DNA of 64,000 nt from Malacoraja senta (lineage: Eukaryota). The notes beneath the pieces were generated by a model. That model had not been told where the DNA came from, searched no databases, and saw only the letters and a program-made list of their open reading frames with translations. Of the stretch, positions 1-9,468 are shown one piece after another. A program made the position numbers and the translations under genes. The stretch lies in the NCBI GenBank assembly GCA_038087875.1, contig CM075992.1, positions 12,216,001 to 12,280,000 on the forward strand. Direction: 5' to 3'. Positions within the stretch are counted from its first letter, which is position 1; each line of letters begins with the position of its first letter.

Positions 1-218
1 TAGGTGCAGCAGTAGGCCATTCGGCCCATCGAGCCAGCACCGCCATTCAATGTGATCATGGCTGATCATCTCCAATCAGTACCACAGTATCAGCCTTCTC
101 CCCTTATCCCCTGACTCCGCTATCTTTAAGACCCCTACCTAGCTCTCTCTTGAAAGTATCCAGAGAACCGGCCTCCACTGCCCTCTGAGGAAGAGACTTC
201 CACAGACTCACAACTCTC
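1..218 (-). mobile_element. CR1 LINE 3' end fragment
   Basis: Reverse complement matches the CR1 3' tail (GYGEKAG-type end, ...GGCCGAATGGCCTACT...) seen in many copies in this window. Confidence 0.85.
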
Positions 219-619
219 CTAGTTCCCACCCCCCTCCCCCACATAAAACATAGGAAGAATCACCAAAACATACCCTTAACACACACTCAACACAACAGAA
301 ACAGTGAAGGGCCACGACAGGCTGCTTGCGAGACAGCCGTTACGGACTCACCCCTCTCTGTCTGCTTGCCGGAATGGTTCCGGGGAGGCGCTGAGCAAAA
401 AAATATACGCCTGCAGGCCGGATGATTTCAAGTTATGTGCCGCATTCTGCCCTTGGGCCATAGGTTGCTGACCCCTGATGTACAGATACATGACCCATCT
501 ATCGCCACCCAGCCCATCCACAGGATGCACTTTACAGTCACCACATGCTGGGGAGTGTGGTCAGTGTGGTCGGGCAGAGATTGTGGTCATCGCCACTCGA
601 AATCACCTTCATTCTACCA

Positions 620-875
620 TCATTCAGGAACAAGAAGCTTGAAACCGCACGCACCACCAGCCTCAGGAACAGCTTCTTCCCCTCTGTAATCAGGCTTCTG
701 AACGGTCCTTCCATAAGCTAGGGTACTGTCCGATTCACCTCTACCCCATTGCGGACATTGGACTTTGTCTGTGGAACTGATGCGCTACAATGCTGAGAAC
801 TATATTCTGCACTCTGTATCTTCCCCTTTGCTCTACCTATTGTACTGGAGTTTGGCTTGATTGTAATTATGTATC
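620..875 (+). mobile_element. Rex1/Babar-type LINE 3' end
   Basis: Translates RTTSLRNSFFPSVIRLLN, the typical Rex1/Babar ORF C-terminus, followed by a UTR-like tail. Confidence 0.7.
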
Positions 876-1130
876 GTTTAGTTTACAGATACAGCACAGA
901 AACAGGCCCTTCGGCCCATAGAGTCCGCGCTGACAAGCGATCCCCGCACATGAACACTATCTTACACTCTAAGGACAATTTACATTTGATACAAAGTCAA
1001 GTTGCCCTTCAGGTTTCTATTAAATCTTTTCCCCTTTTAACTTAAACCTATGTCCTCTGGTACTTGATTGCCCTACTCTAGGTAAAAGACTCTGCATTCA
1101 CTCTATAAATGACCTTCATGATCTTATACA

Positions 1131-1487
1131 TGGTGGTGCAGCGGTAGAGTTGCTGCCTCACAGCGCCAGAGACCCGGGTTCCATCCTGACCATGGGTGAT
1201 GTCTGTACGGAGTTTGTACGCTCTCTCCGTGACCAGCGTGGGTTTTCTCCGGGAGCTCCGGTATCCTCCCACATTCCAAAGACGTGCAGGTTTATAGGTT
1301 AATTGGTTTCTGTAAAAATTGTAAATTGTCCCCAGTGTGTGTAGGATCGATGCGTAGTTAGTGTGTGGGGATTGCTGGTCAGCATGGACTCGTTGGACTG
1401 AAGGGCCTATTTCTACACGGCATCTCTAAACTAAACTGAACTTAACTAAACTAAACAGGAAACTAAACAAAAGTAAACTAAACTAAC
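1131..1487 (+). mobile_element. tRNA-derived SINE with V-SINE-like core (HE1-like), inserted in a CR1 fragment
   Basis: A/B-box-like head TGGTGCAGCGGTAGAG...GGTTCCATCC, core GGTTTTCTCCGGG..GCTCCGGT..CCTCCCACA..CCAAAGAC, (AAACT)n tail; CR1 sequence on both sides. Confidence 0.8.
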
Positions 1488-1842
1488 CGGTATAAGATCA
1501 CCCGTCATCCTCCTGCGCTCCCTGGAATAGAGTCCTAGTCTGCCCGACCTCTCCCTGTAGCTCAGGCCCTCAAGTCCTGGCAAGGTCCGAAATGTTGACC
1601 TGTGATATCCAGGTGGGCCGGGGGCATTGGAGGTAGGAGATTGCAGGACCTGCCCACCACAGCAACATGAGGGTTCACGAACAGTGTCCCTACTTGTGGA
1701 AGGTTCAGTTCTCACCCGGGCAACTGCTGGACAAGACCACAAAATGATAACAGTTTTGAAACTGTGAAACAAAAAGGGAAAAAAGACAACGAGCGGCTCA
1801 AAAATAAAACAACCTCCATCTGGATTGTTGAACGTGAAAGTA

Positions 1843-2372
1843 AGCTTTGGTCTCCATATTTGAGGAAGGACATTCTTGTAATTGAGGGACAGCAGCGTAG
1901 GTTCACGAGGTTAATTCCCGGGATGGCGGAACCGTCATATGTTGCGAGAATGGAGCGACTGGGCTTGTATACACAGGAATTTAGAAGGATGAGAGTCAAA
2001 CTTATTGCAACATACGAGATTATTAAGGGGTTGGACATGCCATAGGTAGGAAACATGTTCCCGATGTTGGGGGAGTCCGGAACCAAGGGCCACAGTTTAA
2101 GAATAAGGGGTAGGCCATTCAGAACGGAGATGAGGAAAAACTTTTATAACCAGAGAGTTTTGAGTCTGTGGAATTCTCTGCCTCAGAAGGCAGTGGAGGC
2201 CATTTCTATGGATGCTTTCAAGAGAGAGTTAGATAGAGCGCTTAAAGATAGCGGAGTCAGGGGATATCGGGAGAAGGCAGGAACGGGGTACTGATTGTGA
2301 ATGATCAGCCATGATCACATAAATAGCGGTGTGGCTCGAAGGGCCAAATGGCCGACTCCTGCATGCTCTATT
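1843..2372 (+). mobile_element. CR1 LINE 3' fragment
   Basis: ORFs 1764..2045 and 2055..2294: QRRFTRLIPG...QRVLSLWNSLPQKAVEA...AGTGY. Confidence 0.9.
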
Positions 2373-2417
2373 GTCTAATCACCAGCGATGGTTCCCCTGT
2401 TAATGAGGTGTGAGACT

Positions 2418-2890
2418 GAAGATGCTGGAATAACTCAACGGGTCGGGCAGCATCTCTGGAGAGAAGGAATAGGTGACATTTCAGGTCGAGACCCTTCTTC
2501 AGACTGAGAGCCAGGGGAAAGGGATATGAGAGATATAGACGGTGATGTAGCGAGATATAGAATAAATGAATGAAAGATATGCAATAAAAGTAACGATGAT
2601 AAAGGCAACAGGCCATTGTTAGCTGTGGGCTAGGTGAAAACGAGTTACAGACAACGAAACTTACCAGGAAGACTGTGAAACTAGTACAATGACTCGGGTT
2701 GGGGAGCGGATGGAGAGAGAGGGAATGCAGGAGTTACTTGAAGTTAGAGAAGTCAATGTTCATACCACTGGGGTGTAAGCTGCCCAAGCGAAATATGAGA
2801 TGCTGTTCCTCCACTTTGCGTTTGGCCACTCTGACAATGGAGGAGACCCAGGACAGAAAGATCAGTGTGGGAATGGGAATCGGGCATTTT
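2418..2890 (-). mobile_element. Penelope-like element 3' fragment (GIY-YIG C-terminus plus degenerate hammerhead)
   Basis: Minus strand encodes HTDLSVLGLLHCQS..RKVEEQHLIFRLGSLHPSGMNIDFSNFK*, followed by CTGAAGA-AGGGTCTCGACCT-GAAATGTC. Confidence 0.75.
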
Positions 2891-3067
2891 AGTGTCTATC
2901 GTGAGGGTGAAGGGACACACCACGAAAGGTATTCATAAGTTCATAAGTTCTAGGAGCAGAAATAGGCCGTTCGGCCCATCGAGTCTACTCCGCCATTCAA
3001 TCATGACTGATCTATCTTTCCCTCTCAACCCCACGCTGCTGCCTTCTCCCCGTAACGTTTCACCCCG

Positions 3068-3257
3068 GCACGGTGGCGCAGCGGTAGAGTTGCTGCCTTG
3101 CAGCACCTAAAGATGCGGGTTGGAGCCTGACTCCGGGTGCTGACTGACCGGAGTTTGCACGCTCTCCCTGGAACTGTGTGGGTTTTCTCTGGGTGCTCCG
3201 TTTTCCTCCCACACTCCAAAGACGTGCGGGTTTGTGGGTTAATTGGTTTCTGTAACA
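3068..3257 (+). mobile_element. tRNA-derived V-SINE-like SINE (3' truncated)
   Basis: GGCACGGTGGCGCAGCGGTAGAGTTGCTGCC head and the same core as 1131-1487. Confidence 0.8.
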
Positions 3258-3357
3258 TTATCCTTAATTTTCTGGGATAATTCCTGTAAACCTCCTCTGA
3301 CCAGCACATCCTTCCTCAGATATGGGGCATAAAACTACTCACACCACTCCAACGACT

Positions 3358-3458
3358 GAGTCTGAAGAAGGGTCTCGACCCGAAACGTCACCTACACCTT
3401 TTCTCCAGAGATGCTGCCTGACCCGCTGAGTTACCCCAGCTTTTTGTTTCTATCTTCA
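3358..3458 (+). ncRNA. Penelope-derived short repeat with minimal type I hammerhead ribozyme motif
   Basis: CTGAAGA (3362) - stem GGGTC-TC-GACCC - GAAAC-GTC (to 3389) matches the CUGANGA...GAAA..NUH hammerhead core. Confidence 0.65.
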
Positions 3459-5489
3459 CAATACTCCAAATGTGGTCTGAACAGTGCATTATAAAGCCCT
3501 AGCATTACATCCATGGTTTGTTATATTCTTGTCCATGTTGAATGCTAACGTTGCATTTGCATTCATTACTACCTTCAACATGGTCTCCTTTACCCGGGAG
3601 AACTCTCTCAGATCTCCCCACCAACACCCCCCCCCCCTACCCCCCCCCCACCCCCCCCCATCCCCTCGCCCCTGGGTCATAGTGTAGGATCATGAGGGCA
3701 GAGAGAGGGGGTATCATAAGATCATGTCATAGGAGAGAATTAGGCCATTCGGCCCATCAAGTCTACTCCGCCATTCAATCATGGCTGATCTATCTCTTGC
3801 TCTTAACCCCATTTTCCTGCCATTTCCCCGTAACCTCTGACACCCGTACTGCTCAGGAATCTATCCATCTCTGCCTTTTTTTTACCAGTAGTAGCTCTAC
3901 TCAATAACCAAAAATCTGTAGCCTCCTTTTGCTCTGGTATTTTATTTAATTCACATGTTCAATCAATAATGTTTTATTATTAATGTTTTATGTGTCATTC
4001 CTAACTGTCACTGTATGTCATGTTGTCACTTGCGGGCGGAGCACCAAGGCAAATTCCTTGTATGTGAATACTTGGCCAATAAACTTATTCATTCATTCAT
4101 TCAAATATATTCACTGACTTGGCCTCCACAGCCTCCTGTGGCAAAGAAATCCACGGATTCACCATCCTGTGGTATGATATGGTACTTTATTTCTCACATG
4201 TACTGAGGTACAGTGAAATTCATTGTTGTATACAGTTCAGTACAAGTATCACTATCCATAAGCAGAGTGTTCTCCCGACGGTGGAACTCCATCCTATAAC
4301 ATCGGGCCACCATTGCAGCGACTGCGGAGGCCTCAAATAGGGTGAACTAAGAGGAGGAGGACTGGACTTTTTAGTGCCTTCCATCACAGTGGAAAGTGTT
4401 GGTTCTGCTGTGGGGGGACGTCCATGTTAAATTCTATAGTGTGTTGTGTCTTTTTTATTTTTTTATTTTACATGGATGTATGGGAATCTGATTTCCTCTC
4501 TGTAAAGCACTTTGGCTTCAACGTGATTTGATTTAAAAGTGCTATATAAATACAAATTACTTACTTACTTATTTAGATACATCTTAGATAAGCATCTCAG
4601 ATACAGTACAAGTATATAGCAGTAGTACACTGAGACAGTCTACAGAATCACCATTTTCAAGTCCCAGTTGTTGTAAGTGCAGGGATCTTGACCTGACCGT
4701 GAAGGCCCGTTGTCATGGCGATGTTGCAGGGTCGGCCTGGCCAAGCGTAGCCGTGGTGACCTCCGCCGCTGCTCCACCGGGGTAGGCCACATGCGGTCCA
4801 CGTGCTCGGCCTCTTGGAGCGGCGCTCGGTCCAGCCGAGCCCCAGGCTGTTGCAGGGCCTCCAGCGGGCCACTCCCCCGTCGAGGCCGTGCGTTCCCTCC
4901 ACTCTGGGCGGCAACACCCACCATTAACGCCACCACAGAGGAAGAGGGAGAAAATGACGGCTCACTGCAACGGAGCCTCAGCAATGCACACCACTTGTGC
5001 AACACTTGCGTGCAAACCTTCACACACGAAGACGGTTTGAGCCATTAATGTCGCAGCTGTTTTACCCAAGGTACACAAACATAGAACTTAGAACATAGAA
5101 GAGTGCAGCTCAGGAACAGGTCCTTCAGCCCACAATGTCATAGAAATATAGAAACATAGAAAATAGGTGCAGGAGTGGTCCATTTGGCCCATCGCGCCAG
5201 CACCACCATTCAATTTGATCATGGATGATCATCTAAAATCAGTACCCCTTTCCTGCTTTCTCCCCATATCCCCTGATTCCATCAGCCCGAGGAGCTAAAT
5301 CTAACTCTCTCTTGAAAACATCCAGTGAATCGGCCTCCACTGCCTTCTGTGGCAGAGAATTCCACAGATTCACAACTCTCTGGGTGAACACATTTTTCCT
5401 CATCTTAGTCCTAAAAGGCCGACCCCATGATGCCGAGACCAACCCCTACCTGACTGAACATAATCCACGGCCCTCCATTACCTGCATAT

Positions 5490-8400
5490 CATAGAAACAT
5501 AGAAATATAGAAAATAGATGCAGGAGGAGGCTATTTGGCCCTTTCAGCCTGCACCGCCATTCATTGTGATCATGGCTGATCGTCCCCTATCAATAACGTG
5601 TGCCGGCCTTCTCCCCATATCCCTTGACTCCATTAGAACCTAGAGCTCTATCTAACTCTCTCTTAAATCCATCCAGTGACTTGGCCTCCACTGCCCTCTG
5701 TGGCAGGGACCTCCATAAATTCACAACTCTCTGGGTAAAAATGTTTTTTCTCACCTCAGTCTTAAATGACTTACCCTTTATTCCAAGACTGTGGCCCCTG
5801 GTTCTGGACTCGCCCAGCATTTTGAACATTTTTCCTGCATCTAGCTTGTCCAGTCCTTTAAAATTTTTATATGTTTCTATAAGATCCCCCCTCATCTTTC
5901 TAAACTCCAGTGAATACAAGCCGAGTCTTTTCAATCTTTCCTCATATGACAGTCCCGCCATCCCAGGGATCAATCTCGTGAACCTACGCTGCACTGCCTC
6001 AATCACAAGGATGTCCTTCCTCACATTAGGAGACCAAAACTGTACACAATACTCCAGATGTGGTCTCACCTGAGCCCGATACAACAGCAGAAGAACCTCT
6101 TTACTCCTATACTGAAATCCTCTTGTTATGAAGGCCAACATTCCATTAGCTTTGTTCACTGCCTGCTGTACCTGTAAGCCAACTTTCAGTGACCGGTGTA
6201 CAAGGATGCCCAGGTCTCGCTGCACCTTCCCCTTACCTAACCTAATCCCATTGAGATAATAATCTGCCGCCAAAGTGGATAACCTCACATTTATCTATAT
6301 TATACTGCATCTGCCACGCATCTGCGCACTCACTCAACCTGTCCAGGTAACCCTGCAACCTCCTAACATCCTCTTCACAGTTCACACTGCCACCCAGCAT
6401 TGTGTCATCCGCAAACTTGCTAGAGTTGCTCCTAATTCCCTCTTCCAAATCATTAATATATATGATAAACTGTTGCGGCCCCAACACCGAGCCTTGCGGC
6501 ACTCCACTCGCCACTGCCTGCCATTCTGAAAAGGACCCGTTCACTCCTTCTCTTTGCTTCCTGTCTGCCAAACAATTTTCTATCCATGTCAACACCCTAC
6601 CCCCAATACCAGGTGCTCTAATTTTAGTCACCAGTCTCCCGTGCGGGACCTTATCAAAGGCTTTCTGAAAGTCTAGATACACTACATCCACTGGCTCCCC
6701 TTCAACCATTTTACTAGTCACATCCTCAAAAATTACCAGAAGATTTGTCAAGCATGATTTTCCTTTCATAAATCCATGTTGACTTGGATTAATCCTCTTA
6801 CTGCTATCCAAATGCCCCATTATTACCTCTTTAATAATTGACTGCAGCATCTTTCCCACCACCTAAGTCAGGCTAACTGGTCTGTAATTCCCCGTTTTCT
6901 CTCTCGCTCCTTTTTTGAAAAGTGGGATAACATTAGCTATCCTCCAATCCACAGGAACTGATCCTGAATCCATTGAATATCGGAAAATGATCACCAATGC
7001 GTCCACTATTTCCAGAGTCACCTCCCTGAGGACCCTGGGATGCAGACCATCAGGCCCAGGGGACTTATCATCGTTCAGTCCCATTAGCCTACCCAATACT
7101 ATTTCTCGCCAAATGAAAATTTATTTCAGTTCCTCTACCCCCTTAGATTCTCTGTCCTCCAGTACTTTAGGGAGATTGCTTGTGTCTTCCTTAGTGGACA
7201 GATCCGAAGTACCTGTTCAACTCTTCTGCCATTTCCTTGTTCCCCATAAAAATTTCACCCGTGTCTGCCTTCAAGGGACCCACATTTGACTTTGCTATTC
7301 TTTTTCCCTTAACCTATCTATAGAATTTTACTGTCCCCTGCTTTATATTCCTGGCCAGCTTCCCCTCGTACTTCATCTTTTCAGCCCCTATTGCCCGTTT
7401 TGTTTCCTTCTGTTGTCCTATGAAAGTTTCCCAATCCTCTGGCTTCCGACTACTCTTTGCTGTGTTATACATCTTTTCTTTTAGTTTTATTCTAATCCTA
7501 ACTTCTCTTGTCAGCCACGGTTGCCTCCTACTCCCCTTAGAATCTTTCTTCCTTTTTGGAATGAAATGATCCTGCATCTTCCGGATCAAGAGAGGAACTC
7601 GCCATCAAAACATGGAGGGGATGGGGGACACAATTTTTTGGCGGCCGCGCACGCATGCGCACACTCACACACACGCGAGGCTTCGGATGCTCAACTCAGC
7701 GCTAATGCAGCTCAACACTGCCTGTCTCGCCAGGTTAACTACAGCTCTGTCTGGACTGACAGGACACCAGCGCTGCTTCTCCATGCTGGCCATATTTCCC
7801 GCAAGCCCAGGCAGGTTTACTTGGCGGGACAGGCAGAGTGAGCTGGGTTTAGTGCTGTTTCTCTGCGCTGGCTGTGGGCCTGGGGGTACAACTCGTGTCT
7901 GACTCCCGACCTCTCTGGCCACCCCGTGGGGGGGGGGGGGGCACTCGGGACAGTGCCGGAGACCCGGCCGGGATCGATCCTGCCTGCAGATGAGGCGCAG
8001 GTCTGTGCCATGTCTCCCTCCTCCAATCGCGTACTCTATCCTCAGTCCCACCCCCACTGTCTCGCGGAAAGCGGAGATTTTAAAATCGGGATCAAAAAAA
8101 CTTGGGGGGGGGATGTCCCCCACCTCTCAAAACATGGGGAGACGGGTCCCCTCTGGCCCCCCCGGGTTTTCCGCCCCTGTTCCGTATTATGCCCAGAAAT
8201 TCCTGCCATTGCAGTTGAACCATCATTCCTGCTAGGATCCCTTTCCAGTCTACCTTGGCCAGCTCCTCCCTCATGCCTTCATAGTCCCCTTTGTTCAACT
8301 GCATCACTGACACTTCCGATTTAACCTTCTCCTTCTCAAATTGCAGATTAAAACTAATCATATTATGATCACTACCTCCAAGCGGTTCCTTTACCTCTAG

Positions 8401-8592
8401 TTCTCTCATCAAATCTGGTTCAATGGACAACACTAAATCCAGTATTGGATTTTCTTTGGTCGGCTCCATTACAAGCTGCTCTAAGAATCCATCTCAGAGG
8501 CACTCTACAAACTCTCTTTCTTGGGGTACCGAACCAACCTGATTTTCCCAGTCTACCTGCATATTGAAATCCCCCATCACCACAGTGGCATT
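5490..8592 (-). mobile_element. Long 5'-truncated CR1 LINE (RT and 3' end), frameshifted, interrupted by a hAT MITE
   Basis: ORFs 8092..8469, 7314..7589, 6863..7096, 6242..6862 (QHGF..KSC, GVPQGSVLGP, FADD), 5590..6288; (TAGAAACA)n tail near 5490. Confidence 0.95.
7587..8179. mobile_element. Non-autonomous hAT-type DNA transposon (MITE)
   Basis: 8-bp target duplication TTCCGGAT (7579-7586) / TTCCGTAT (8180-8187); degenerate TIRs CAAGAGAGGAA / TTCCGCCCCTG; removing it restores contiguous CR1 sequence. Confidence 0.75.
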
Positions 8593-8593
8593 A

Positions 8594-9197
8594 TAACCAC
8601 ATATAACCATGTAACAATTACACCACAGAAACAGGCCATCTCGGCACTTCTAGTCCGTGCCTAACACTTACTCTCCCCTAGTCCCATCTACCTGCACTCA
8701 GACCATAACCCTCCATTCCTTTCCCGTCCATATACCTATCCAATTTATTTTTACATGATAAAATCAAACCTGCCTCCACCACTTCCACTGGAAGCTCATT
8801 CCACACAGCTACCACTCTCTGAGTAAAGAAGTTCCCCCTCGTGTTACCCCTAAACTTCTGTCCCTTAATTCTCAAATCATGTCCTCTTTTTTGAATCTTC
8901 CCTACTCTCAATGGAAAAAGCTTATCCACGTCAACTCTGTCTATGCCTCTCATCATTTTAAAGACCTCTATCAAGTCCCCCCTTAACCTTCTGCGCTCCA
9001 AAGAATAAAGACCTAACCTGTTCAACCTTTCTCTGTAACTTAGTTGCTGAAACCCAGGCAACATTCTAGTAAATCTCCTCTGTACTCTCTCAAATTTGTT
9101 GCCGTCTTTCCTATAATTTGGCGACCAAAATTGTACACCATACTCCAGAATTGGCCTCACCAATGCCTTGTACAATTTTAACATTACCTCACAAATT
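8594..9197 (-). mobile_element. CR1 LINE 3' fragment, second subfamily
   Basis: ORF 8678..9184 LYKALVRPILEYGVQFWSP...QRVVAVWNELP...AGRWD. Confidence 0.9.
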
Positions 9198-9450
9198 CTA
9201 GGTCAACGATCGCTGCAGGAGGTTTAGCAGCAGCCGGTGAGTTAAAAATAGCCACGGCCAGGAGCTAACGCTCAGGTAAGCTCAGCTGCCGTTGCACCGA
9301 GCAATTTTAAACATAGTTACTGCTAGCTGAGGGGCTCAGCTATGCTGCAGCAGCATATAGTGTATGCTTTATTTTTGGGCGGCTATAAATAGAGTTGGCA
9401 TTAATAGCGGTTGCCACTCGGTCACGTTTGTGACTATCGTAGTAGATAGC
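9198..9450. repeat. Hairpin-rich ~250-bp module, copy 1 (probably the 5' region of DIRS family D)
   Basis: Colinear with 16961-17238; several local inverted repeats. Confidence 0.7.
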
Positions 9451-9468
9451 ATTCAAAGGTCATGTTTA

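Noticed and set aside
1131..1200. tRNA genes
   Set aside because: The tRNA-like heads are followed by SINE core and tail in multiple decayed copies
5600..7289. Plus-strand ORFs overlapping CR1, and similar ORFs elsewhere
   Set aside because: Antisense shadows of LINE coding sequence
9198..9450. Helitron interpretation of the hairpin module
   Set aside because: The terminal hairpin is not followed by CTRR and there is no A/T insertion boundary; linkage to DIRS-D explains it better
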